Source: Lingula anatina | Taxonomy: Eukaryota > Animalia > Brachiopoda | NCBI GenBank assembly: GCA_051362555.1 | Contig: CM120641.1 | Coordinates: 3,286,001 to 3,350,000 of the forward strand | Direction of reading: 5' to 3' | DNA length: 64,000 nt | Shown: positions 1-12,144 of the stretch, piece after piece | Layout of the letters: every line of letters starts with the position of its first letter | Position numbering within the stretch: position 1 is the stretch's first letter | Translations under genes and position numbers: made by a program | Notes under the pieces: generated by a model | Told to the model about the DNA's origin: nothing | Seen by the model: only the letters and a program-made list of their open reading frames with translations | The model's database searches: none

Positions 1-611
1 AGATCTTCTTTCGTTTTCACCAACTCGCGCTCCAGCTTTTTGTTTCTGGACTCTGCCAAGTTCAAATCCTGTCGCATTCGTCTCAGCTGAAGCTCCAAAG
101 AGGCCACGCGACAGGCCAGTTCAGAAACCTCAGGAGAGCGAGCGGCCTGGTAGCCGCGATAGCCCCTTTTGTCCAGCAGGTCGTCCACCTCGCTGACCAC
201 GGCTGCAATCCCGTCGCACTGAACCTGGTGGCTGGGCAGCTCGTAACAGTTGATGGTCAGGTCGCAGCCTGCACACTGGACGGGGGCGAAGTTGCACGAG
301 GCCCGATGCTGAGGGAGGTTTTCAACCTTGACCACGGCTTTACAACCGCGGTCGGCGTAGTCGCAGTCAATGTCCAGGGAGTTGATGAGGTTACGGATGG
401 AGTGGATGGGCGTGGCCTCATTGCTAAGACAAACGGCTCTACACTCAGGGCAAGAGTTTGTACCTGGACGCGAGAGCCACGTTTCCAGACACAGGAGACA
501 GAATGAATGTCCACACGGTGTTAACACAGCGTCCTCCAATACGGCGCTGCAGACGCTACACAAAAGGTTCTGGTCGACGTCTCGAGCGAAACGGTACACG
601 CCAAATCCCAT
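1..611 (-). CDS. RING-HC plus TRAF/SIAH-type zinc finger plus coiled-coil E3 ubiquitin ligase (PDZRN3/RNF41/RNF151-like N-terminus); 3' end lies beyond the window
   Basis: Hand translation from ATG 611, open to base 1 (missed by the ORF track because there is no stop): MGFGVYRFARDVDQNLLCSVCSAVLEDAVLTPCGHSFCLLCLETWLSRPGTNSCPECR...IRNLINSLDIDCDYADRGCKAVVKVENLPQHRASCNFAPVQCAGC...LELQLRRMRQDLNLAESRNKKLERELVKTKED. Shows C3HC4 spacing and the MG(F/Y)xxxRF start typical of this group. Confidence 0.85.
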   Translation of the reverse strand, partial: MGFGVYRFARDVDQNLLCSVCSAVLEDAVLTPCGHSFCLLCLETWLSRPGTNSCPECRAVCLSNEATPIHSIRNLINSLDIDCDYADRGCKAVVKVENLPQHRASCNFAPVQCAGCDLTINCYELPSHQVQCDGIAAVVSEVDDLLDKRGYRGYQAARSPEVSELACRVASLELQLRRMRQDLNLAESRNKKLERELVKTKED

Positions 612-3212
612 TGTAATGCCACTGTGATATGAAATTCTCGGTGTGTCGATGTGTGTTTTATAACAATAGGTGTATTTGAAAAGAATATGAACACCTGTCA
701 GATAAATAAACAATATATGGAGTTATCCAGTGACGCATCAGAAAAGTCCACAGTAGTTCTAGTAGTCCACAGTCATAAGTAATAATTCCGAATCCTCTTC
801 ATGCAGTGTTTATAGGTAACCAACTGCAGGGCGTGATACATAAAACATAATCTATTCCTAGGGTGCATTAAATATAGATACATGGGTCGCGTGCAGGTTA
901 AACGCAGCCTTGCATGTTTTTAATTAGACTTTGTGATGAACGCCCAAGTCTTTGTTGGTTATGGGCTAATTAGATTCCAGAAACCCAATCACACACTGTC
1001 ACCTAGCTAGTTTTGCGTGTATCTTTTTTCCTTGAGAAGAGTCTATAATACACGCTGGACACTGGGGAGAGTAAGTGACAATCGGTCACGTGAGGAGAAC
1101 AACGCCAATTTATTCGTTCAGTGACCAGCGTCTCCTCCGTTTTCCTACGGTTGAATATTAGCAAAAACGTTCATTAAATCGGCAGAGGATAGACCGCTTC
1201 AATAGCTGTGCGTCAATAATTTCCCCTGAAACAATTTTGAATCATGAAATGACGAATGATGAAAAAACGTAAATAAAAAAATGTTAAGATAAGCTATAGT
1301 AGGTATACCACAGTAGGTCGTGTCTGCATGCTATGTGATTTCCGAATGACAAATCTCCCACTCTCTTTCTCTTTCTCTGTCTCTCCCCAGCACACACACG
1401 CGCGGGCGCGTGCAAACGCCCAAAATGATAACCACAAAATCATTCACAAATTTCATACATACGGACTTTCAAAACATGGCGAACAGGCTCGTGCAAGCTC
1501 CATTGATTTAAAATAGAAAACGGCAGATGGTCAGTTCTGAATGCATTAGTGTCAATAGCTTGGATGAGACGCGAGAATGCAGGCTTATTTACAGTATTGA
1601 CCTGTGTCACCCGCATCTTACCATATCCGCCATGCAAAGCTATCATCCAGCAATTGCTTACTAACAGTAAGTACAGCCATCAAAACTATGGAGTTGCATT
1701 GATTTCTTGAAATTTTTGTTTTTGATCCAAATCTCTGCACTCTCGTTAAATTGAGAATTGAATGCGACTGAGTTTAAACAAATTCTCGAGTGTTTGAGGC
1801 AACCCCATACAGAAAATTTGCTTAACAAGATCAGCGACGATAAAACCTCGCTTCAACATCTCATATGCAAAGTTAAGGATCAGAAAGCTCTGTTAAAACT
1901 CACCTGGTCTGCAATATATAGATTTTCGCTGTTCGTGGTTTCATTGGTCTTATATACTTATACACGATACTGAATGCGATAGGTATACCACACGATATAT
2001 ATATATATATATATACTTATATACTTATACACGATACTTACTAGGTGTCAGAGCTCAACTGTGTAGGTAAGGATTAAGTGAGGCAATACAATCTGTGCAT
2101 TGTTATAAAATCGCCCGCACATTAGCCAAGATCTAACGCTTTCAATCGATAGACCAATGTATGAATACATGGATAATAGATATATCAAAATCTTCGGTGA
2201 ATATGCATTAACGGCACTTGTAGAGACTGAATTGTGGCGTATGTATCGTATGTATTTGAATATAGATAGTATTTCCATCTATGCAGAGTATAGTCCCGAA
2301 TCAAGTGGCCTTTGGCACTCTTTCCTGGGGTTTTTCTTTTTTACAGAGCTTGAGTCGATTTTATCGTTTTTTCACTGAAGGAATATGTGTGCGTGTGTAA
2401 TAACTTTCATTCTACGGTTGAATAATGCACCTAGACGTGAGATTGTAGAAAGCAGATTGTGTCATGCTATATTCTGACGTGTTTGTATACTTTACATCTT
2501 TACATAAAATTATTCAAATGCAATGTTGCTGTACGAGGTGGCAAAAAAACCTCAATGTAGGTTTACGAATTTTATATTTGAATAATGCAAAAACATACTA
2601 GTTTTTTTTTCAATTTATTTATTTATTTAACAGGGTAATCAGGGGTCTTTTAATTAAAATGATTAAACCTAAAGCAACGAAATAAAACATTAACATTGAA
2701 ATCATTTGCGCCAATGGGATAACTATACCCCTAAGACCCACGTTTTTTGCCTTGCTCATATGATTAATTATCATCTTTATTCAATCTTTTTCGGTTAATA
2801 CTACAGATTTATAAAACAGAATGGAAATACAATGATATTATATAATATGATAATAAAAATATGTTAAAATCCAGTAAATAAATTAAAAACAGCATCGCAA
2901 CAATATGAAAAAAGAACTAAATAATACAGAATGATTAGTTATAAAATGCATTTTCTTCAGTCCCATTAACTTTACACTGCAAAATGAAAGTCAACGATAA
3001 AACATTGGTGTTTCTGTAAAATAGGATGTAAACACATATATGCGACAATGCAAAGTTGAAACACACTGCAAAATAAACAGCAAAGTATGGGGCTTAAAAG
3101 CAAAGCCTTACTTCTTGTTTTATTGCTTATGTATCTTCCTGTCTCCTACCCCGACCCCTAACAAGCACGCGCGCGCCTTCTTTAAAACACTTTGTCTTCT
3201 TTATCTCCCATT

Positions 3213-4249
3213 TCAAGCATAAAATCTTAACTGTCCGCTGAAGCGACGCAGCCACTGGTTAAACGGGGTTTCAAAGTTCGACATAAAAGGATTATATTGC
3301 GAAGGCCCCATGGGTTCATCAGTTTTTCCGGGAGCGCTGTTATATCTCCAGTATTCAAAATTCAAGGAAGGAATCATACTACATGTTACGCGATGGTTGT
3401 CGCCCCCTTCATATAATTCTAATAGCTGAAATACGTCTTGATAATGTGTTCTGAAATAGAAACAAGAGGTCGTTAATGACTGAAACCGTACAGGGAAAAT
3501 CTTACTGTTGAATTTAGGAGCGGAATTATCCGAGATTGGCCAAATGATCTAGGTGTCTTCAACATTTCGCCAAATCATTTCGCTGAGAAGAGGCGATACT
3601 AATAAGGTCAGGAGGATAACCTAAGAAATTTACCAGTCAACTTCATATGTCCATTAACAACTGCTACAAATTAATTTAACAAATTAATTATAAAAAATGT
3701 CAATATGAGTTGAAGCCAATTAGGGCGTCCTCTGACTAATTATCATTCCTGCATTTACACATTTTTTATATATTTTCAGTTGTGATATTTGTTGATAGCC
3801 GTGAATTTTCTATAACACTCCAGGCACTTACCTCAAAATATCATTAAACGCTCTCAGGAAAACTTTTGGTTGCACGGTTCTTACATTATCCAAGTTATCA
3901 CATATAATACGGGCCATTGATGTTAAGCGAATGCAGTTTAGTTGATCTCTTGTAAACCCGTGGGCATGGTCATTTTCAAACCAAAACCGGTCGCCTGTTC
4001 TTAGGCGTTGAAACTGTTCTCCAATCAGACAAGCAAATGTAGGTCCTACTTTGGCTCCGGGTAGTCGAGTTTCCAGTAAGCCACCTGACCAAGAATCAAC
4101 GTCGTCTGGATGTCTGAATAATAGGAAAGCGCCATTTTAGAAAATATTTGATGTAAATCCATGTCAAATCCTATCGTATGTTGGACATTAGTTGTGGTCT
4201 TTAATACTCAACAAACGCCGGTAGTGCTATATATGTCGTTTTGTGTGTG

Positions 4250-4286
<37 letters not shown>

Positions 4287-7200
4287 GCGCGCGCTAAAGT
4301 TAAAGCGTTCTAAAACAGCGGATGTTGTTTGCAACAAATATGGAAATAATGTATTTTCGAAAATATTTCAATGTAAGGCTTCTTTGTTTGTTTGTTTGTT
4401 TGTTTGTGTGTTGCTAGACAAAAAGATCTTACTCATAAAGTGATTGCAACTGTGCTATGACACTGGCAGACAGTCGGAATTCGCGCGGCCCCCGACCAAA
4501 CTCTGCGAATGTGGTTGCCCTGTTACCTCCACAATACTCACGCCAGTAGTTATAACCTGTCAAAATAAAAAAAAAAAAAGATAATATGATGTTAAGCAGA
4601 AAGAAAGGAAGGGGAGCTACTTATTCACTCTCTGATTACAGGGTCCACTACTAGTCGGTTACAAAACGATTGCCCTTTCTTCAATTTTGTATGTGAAAGA
4701 TAATACATAGTCGCCCAAGCGATATATGTCATAACACATCGAGCGTCAGCGCGAGATGTTGAAGGCATATATATCGCAAGAGGGTTGCCGGGTATTATTT
4801 GACATACATACCGATAAACAAAAAGGGATAAAACGTACAGCGCCACGGTCATGATATGTATATTTTTCTAGATGCCCCTGTAATATCAGAGGGTACTACT
4901 TATTACCATTGTTACGAACGCTATTAGCACCCTTGACACGTTGACACCCACGACAGTTACCACTGGTAGAACACCCTAAATTACGCTCCAGGAAAGACCC
5001 ATTACCTGGAATACCGTGGTCACGGCCACGCTGTATGTTCAACATAGACAGGTCGGTGCCGATGCCACTAGGGGTCTCTGCAAACAGGTGGATACCCACT
5101 TCTGGGGACATGTGATGGTCAGTATGCTCCGTTTTTTGGTCAATCGCGCCCAGGACAATTGCATCAACCCCGCCATCGTTACCGGCATACATGAGCGTGG
5201 GATCATTAAATAGCTGAAATACAGGACCAGAAAAGTTATATACTTTCAGGATGTAAAGGAATCAACTCGTAGAAGCAAGTTTAAGGTGACTTCGTTATAT
5301 AGTTTGATAATCACGATCTCTATAAAACACTGAAGAAACACCCAAAACTTGCAAACACGCACCCAAGAATGTCACCTACTTTCTTTCTCTTCTAAATCAA
5401 AATATTGTGTTTCTCTTTTTCTTGAGTGAATAACAGTATCTCTTGTCAGCGCACTCTGAATGAGAATATGGCACAACGTTTCTTACCGTAGAAAACTTAT
5501 GGTCTCCAATTATTCTGTGGTCCACAGATGTTCTCCTATGTGTGTCCGGTATCTGACTGTGGCCAAAGCGAAATGCTGACGTGGAAAATACATTGCTGAT
5601 GCGCGCATCAGACTGTGGGTTATAACCTAAAAGAAAAACGTCATTTGAAATTATGAAAATTGCACAAAACTGGCTTATTAAAGACGTGCGGTCCTGCATT
5701 AAGTTCTAGAGATGACAGAACAACAAAAAATGAAGCATTTAATAATTATACGAAAAAGTATTCGGGACGTTTAGGGACGTCAGGCTAGTCGATATGATAA
5801 GCTCAAAAAGAAGAAAAACAAGTAAGAGAAAAAAATCTGGAAACAGCAGTACTCCACTATATTACCAAAACGGATAAAATTATCAGTATCGTTTGGTTTT
5901 TCACAACGTGAAACCTACCACTGAAGAACCCAGTATTCAATAAATTCAAGTTATATTTTCGCATTGTGCTTTTCCCAAGGATAACAGGAAGGTATTCGTT
6001 GTAGACGATATATTGGAACTGAGCCCAGTTAATTTTTCTGGCCTCTTGGTACAGTCTCTCCCCGTCCCAGTGCGGATTGTGTTTGTGAAGCTCCTCCTCA
6101 ATACGATTGTGTTCACGCGCCCACAAAGTGTGGTGTGACATCAACCCCACGTGTTCATTCACTCTGGGATCGCCTGTAGAATCAATTCAATCGGTTAAAA
6201 GATCATTATGGGTATGGATCTAAAAAATTGATTGTGGTATGGGTGATAAAAAAAGCAGACAAATGTTAACTTTTCTTATAAATTATAAATGCTCTCGTGT
6301 TTTCAATTTCAATGTTTGTCTTGTGAAAATATCTACAGGAGATGACAGAAAACACATATAACTGCTAACAAACATTCGTTCAAACATGCTTTACGACTTA
6401 AGTGGTTCCCTTTCAGGTACTTCTCAAAATTTCAACTTTTCTCATCCTCGCGATCGCTATACCTGTTTTGAAGCACTTGACAATGTCATTGGCATTCTTG
6501 CACATATCGAAGTCTCGAGTTGGCAGCAACGGTTTTAATGATGGATTAAAAGGGTGAGTCAACATTTTTAATTTGCCACGGCCTGCAAATACAGAAACAA
6601 AATAAATAAATGCATGAATGAATTTGTAAAAAAAAAAAAGAAAGAAAGAAAGGAAATATGATAACTCCCTTCAAGTAATTTACAATCAAACCGACTCCTC
6701 AAATCACTCCCAGATTTGGGAAAGGAAAGTCAAGCCTGATAGTACCGCCTCAGCCAATACAATGGGTACGCGCTGTATCTTGCATAAAATCATTTTCACA
6801 AACAACACGAGAAAACATCAAAAAAATTGAATGTCTTAACACACACGTGTTGCTTTAGACTTACTAGCATCTTCATCTCTCAAAGACTGGGCTTCTTCCT
6901 CCTTATTTCCATACACCAGTGACAGGTCTAAGTAGGCCGTGATGACATTGGGTTGTTCTCTTGGGCCTGAGAGAATAAAAATCAGTAAGAAAGATATAGA
7001 CTCTCATAAAATAAAACACATTTTATTAATTTGCTTTTCATCTATTCAGTCTGGACCGTCATTCAAATCTTTAATAGTGAATTTCTTCTTACGTTTGAAG
7101 AGTTAAAACTTTATTTTTGGACATAGTGACAGAGTTCGATTGAACAACGAATATGTTGAAAACTTCGTTTTCATCCTCTCTCTATATATATATAAAATAC

Positions 7201-10200
7201 GATAAAACAAAAACGAACATAGAATTGCTATCAACATGGGCCGACCAACTTGAAAAAAATCCCAGTAAACTAAAGCTAAAAAGGCGGTAAAAAGATTTCA
7301 AATATACAATGTATTTGAAATAATAAAGTAGACATTAATAAACTTTACTTAAAGGTTATTCTACTAACCTACTCGACATTCTTCTAACGCTATTGTGGAA
7401 CTTCTCACAAATTTGAAGCAGGACTTGGCCCCGGCTACGGGATCCCCGGGTAAAACCTTCACTGGGGAGCAGGCCGCCAGGTCTCCGTCCCCCGTGGCAC
7501 AGTTGTCAGCACCACAAACCACCTTGGCTGTTTTGTTACCATCTGGAATTTACGGAGACCCAGTTCAGTATATTGTTTTAATTTGATATGCATTGACTGT
7601 TGTTGCAGTGACACAAACTTTTCTAAAATCAAAATTGTTAAACTTCAAGCTTACTTCTGAAAGACGGACAGTTTAAAGCTCAATCAGCATTTCTAGACAG
7701 ACATCGTCAAATTTCACTCTTGACATGAAAAGTGAGGACCTTTGATAAGAACTAACCTGAAAACAGGTGTGTAGGTCGTAACTTTCTCTAAGTTTTTGGA
7801 AAGTGTTGGAATTAACATGATTTTTTCTACAGGGTTTTTTTCCACAGGGTCATACTGAGTCTTACCTCTTATGCCTCATAGGCAATACTGTTCAGTAGAG
7901 CGTACTGAAATTTCATTCACATATAAGGAATTAATTTTAGCTATTAAAATCTCAAATTAGATCTTCAGTGTGATTTAGTTTATATATCCACCCCATATAT
8001 GCTTACCACGTATCAACTTTGTGATCGGCGTCAGGTCAAGGTCGTGGTCAAGAAATTGGCCAAAGGTCATCACCGCCAAAGTGGCAAACTCATCGGCGTC
8101 GCTGACGGGTTTGTGCAGGACATGGGACACGGTTCTGGTATTGGGAAGGTCAGCGCCAGACTTCGCGCGGCGCAGGGTTCCAACTCCTGTAAAGCAAAAC
8201 ATTTTCGAAGACTATATATATTTTAGAAGACTATATATTCACCCTTGAGATGCTTATGCTTTTACCTATTTATTCTTCTATTTTTTCATTTATCCTAAGG
8301 TAACTTTCAAGCAAATGATTCGTTCATAGCTATTAGACGAAGTTATTAAAGCGAAAACTGTTATGGTGCCTTTCCACGAGTGTATTTATTTATTTATATT
8401 TGTGCTCTTAAAGGTGGACGTTCATGTGGTTTTTATGTGAAATCTTGTCAGAGGTAAAATGGTTTTCACAAGGCCTTTGGTTAGTGATAATTGCTAGGCT
8501 GTCGTAACGAACTAATGTTTAGTTCTATGAATAATTTTAAATGCTTGATTTAATTGTGAATTTTGTTTATAATGCGAAAAAATCCGTAAGAACAAAATGA
8601 GCAGTTTATAGTCTATAGTTTATGTCTTATCCCCATCCTCTCGAAATGGGAAGCCACGGCTGGCGAAAAACGGCTTGCTTCTTTGCAAAAGTCGATGGAC
8701 TTTATTTATGCTCTTAAGATTTAGCAGTCCAGACGGAATTATTAATTACTTTCAATAAGATACCCCAAGTAGTTAATTAGGTCGGATGAATTAACATAAT
8801 CTTGATAAGAATCCATATGACAATCTATGGAGATCACAAGGACTTGAGTTCAGCGGTGCGCTTATGCAAATGGGTTACAAAACTTCACCAGGTCAACAGG
8901 TCAACAAATTGATATACATAAGGGTATATACCCTTAAATTCCTTAATAACAGTGTCTTGTCACTGCTACTATATTTTTGTGTGTACCTTCAAGATCCGTC
9001 GGGGTTTCTTCTCATTTACTTCACTTACTTTCACTTTTGCCTTTTGGTTTAAAACTTAAATATAAATAATCAGTAAGGCTGACATAAAGCGGGTGTCTTT
9101 CAAATCTCGTGAACTCTCCTGTTTACAAAAAGGGCTTCGGGCTGAACAAGGAAAATAAGGTTTCCAGCATAGTTTTTAACAAATCTGAATGCAACCGAAT
9201 GCTGGTAGCCGTTTTAAGAAAAAAATCTACTTAACGGTCAGTTATATTTACTAGTAGCTATGTGACGTTGATCCCTGAGTGAAACATAAGGTGCGTTATT
9301 ATTATTATTCGAATGGAAATGGGGCCTTTGTCTGCAAGGTAACGGCGCCACCTGTAAAACATAGGCTCTCCATTTGGGTCATCATGACCGTCAGTCGTTC
9401 AGATTTATAGATTAGGCATACATCGAATAATCCTGAAAACAAGTGCTAATTGCTATCTTTCTAATCTCTCACTGGTATCTGTACAAATTATCCAGGTGTC
9501 ATACGCGAACAGAGGTGACCCATGACTTGTACAAGTAAACATCTGAACCCATAATACAATATTGGGACTGTAATATTTGATTGAACTCAGAACATAAAAG
9601 ATTCTCCTTGCGAATTTATCAAAGTCACAGTGCGTTTTATTTTCATAGGAAATATGAATGAGTTGATGAAGTATATATGAAAACGTTGTGTTCCTTACAA
9701 CATGGATTTGCAGATAAAACTGGGTGGTGAGGTCGCAAATTTGCGTCTAGCAAAAATGTAAATTCAACTATCACATTAGTACGAGAGAGATCAACAAAAT
9801 TTACTGGGATATACAGTTATGAGAATATGTTTATTTGCACTCTTTATGTGATGTTTTGAAATTCAGTTAACGCACATTTGGATTTCTGAAAAAGATGTGT
9901 ATATTCTGTGTGGTAATGACTAGGGCTACCAGCACTTTTTTTTCAAAAAACAAACAGAAGAGGCAATCTGATAATAGCAGAGGGAATAAATTAACTTACC
10001 ATCTCCGTAGTCCGCACTGATAAGGCGTAATAAGGGTGTAAAAGACTCTCCCCACGTTGGATGCTGCAGATTATTACACTCTCCAGTAATGGTTCTGTAT
10101 TTTGAATTGGCATCGCAAGTTTTGTTACTGGAACAACTCTGAGTAACTTGTGAGCGACCTAGACCCACGCTACCTGCAACCTCGAAATCGGGTATTGCCT

Positions 10201-12144
10201 GAATTCCAACTGACTGGCTGTCAAAATCAAGGTCTACATTTTCTACTGTTTCTCCTTTGGAGAGACCAAACCTTTTAAACAGAAAAAAGAGAGACCAAAA
10301 TAAGTATACCTGGACAAACTTGAAGATATTTATGGAAGACCAAATCTTGAAACGGTAGAGAGAGAGAGAAAGAGAGAGAGAGAGAGTACATGTACAAATT
10401 AACACTATTCACATTTTTAGTTAACTTTTAGTAAATTTTGTAACTTTTGTCTAGGTGGATTATAGCATTTATTAAATACATTTCCCCCATTTTCTAAAGT
10501 GATGGTCTAGTATTTCAGGAAGACGAAGGCATGTCTTACCACTGTTACCTGTAAACCCATAACCATTGACGGTTTAATCTCTGTAAAACACCAAATACCA
10601 CTGTTGCACTTCGAGAGTTTATTATCAGGCACACAATCAGATGCAATTTAACAATGAGTACACAAACTGTCTTACAATAAGTTACACAATCTCGAACTTT
10701 TTCAGGCCAGAAGGGCCTGGAAGAATTCTCCACTCGCGTTCACCTAAGCACAAACTCCGTCCATGATATAAACTCTCTAATCTACGGTTCTATAAGAAAA
10801 GTATAAGTAAATAACTAAACAATACAAAAAAAAAAAAAAAAAAAACCGGGCGGGAGGGAGGGATCACAAAAGTCTATTACTGCTTCGCTATACTCATGCT
10901 TAACCTCCCGCCGCTGCTTCGCAAACCTGGTGCTGTGATCACTAACCACCACTGCGCATGTCGGTCCGCGTATCGGTACAGAGAATGTGGCGCCACCTGC
11001 CCAATGCCCGGATGTATTACACTAAGCTAAACTCCCGAACTGCACAAGCGCCGTAGTATTTGTGTTTTACGCCATTTCAATTGAAATTAACAGTAGTAGA
11101 CTTAATTCACCAATTTTCTTACTTTTCAAAGCAGTCTCTGTATACTTCAGTCTGCAACAGCCCTTGTAAATCTAAGAGTTTTGTTTGCAGATTCCCGGCT
11201 TTTATTGTGGACCCCACGATATCAAAGGCGTGTTCCGATCCTGCTCCTGCAAAACATTGCAATAGATACCTCGTATTTTATATATTGCAAAGAAAAACAT
11301 CTACTAATCGAGAATATAACGAGACACAAAAATGATTGAATTTTAATTATTCAGATGATCATGAAATTATTTACGTTCATCGGCAGTGGAGGTAGGCCCC
11401 CCCTAATGCTATGCTATCTTCACCAATTTTATGGATCAGATCCAACCATCAAATTTTGGAAGAGCAATTAAGAGATAGATAACACGAGGGGTAGATATGA
11501 TCAAGAACGAAAACCTCCGTGTTACATCTAGTTGCTGACTGGGTGTGCATATTTTGGACACATTCACATGTCTGTGATTCACCGCCAGATGCTGCCATTT
11601 TACAGCTCAGAATCAGAACATTTCTGGGCCCTGATTTCTCGTATTGGTAGCACGTGGTTCACGATAGATTACCTGAGACTCCCCCGTGTCTTTCACTGTC
11701 GATATGTCTTTGTATGAATTCATTCGCCTTTGCTAGAGCCACCCTTATGTTATTTCTACATTGATCTGCTGGTCCACCTAAAATGATCGAATTAAGTTGA
11801 TTTCTCGTAGTTGGATTTTTTTTGTAAACGATTGAGATATAGGCTACAAATCGAGTCATTCTAAAACGAGTTTGTATTATCCAAGCGTTTAAAACAATAT
11901 TACTCATAAAGAAATAAAGAGATGCATAAACTGAAAGTTCAATATTCTTATACTTTGCTGTCGACCCAAGGGGAGCAAAAACAAAACCTTGTGTGACCCC
12001 TTTCCAAAATCCTATTATCCCCCGTTTTGGCACTCGAACAAACAAACAAATAAATGTGTGTAAATTCTTACCTTGACATAAATCTAACATCAGGACAAAG
12101 CTGCTTAGGAAAAAGATTTTCCTGCCCTTCATCTTGATTAACAT
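3213..12144 (-). CDS. Secreted animal heme peroxidase (peroxidase-cyclooxygenase superfamily, chorion-peroxidase/peroxinectin-like), 14 exons, about 798 aa
   Basis: GT-AG exons 12072-12144, 11673-11777, 11123-11246, 10000-10271, 8007-8186, 7369-7542, 6865-6966, 6463-6582, 5919-6173, 5487-5626, 5006-5213, 4433-4556, 3832-4113 and 3213-3450 join in frame (2397 nt). Signal peptide MKGRKIFFLSSFVLMLDLCQG. Motifs: YRTITGECNN, GQFLDHD (distal His), TAYLDLSLVYG, GDPRVNE, REHNRI, AFRFGHS (proximal His), NIQRGRDHG, GDRFWFEN. The start could alternatively be 12132. Confidence 0.93.
4242..4293. repeat. (GTGC)n microsatellite in a peroxidase intron
   Basis: Read directly: gtgtgtgtgcgtgcgtgc...gcgcgcgc. 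Confidence 0.95.

Noticed and set aside
228-627. Plus-strand and alternative-frame ORFs of 85-92 aa
   Set aside because: They are shadows of the minus-strand RING gene.
1950-2038. 23-bp direct repeat (cttatatacttatacacgatact) around a (TA)n tract
   Set aside because: This is a low-complexity local duplication with no element structure.
8407-8946. Possible TTAA-flanked transposon in a peroxidase intron
   Set aside because: I could not find matching terminal inverted repeats.
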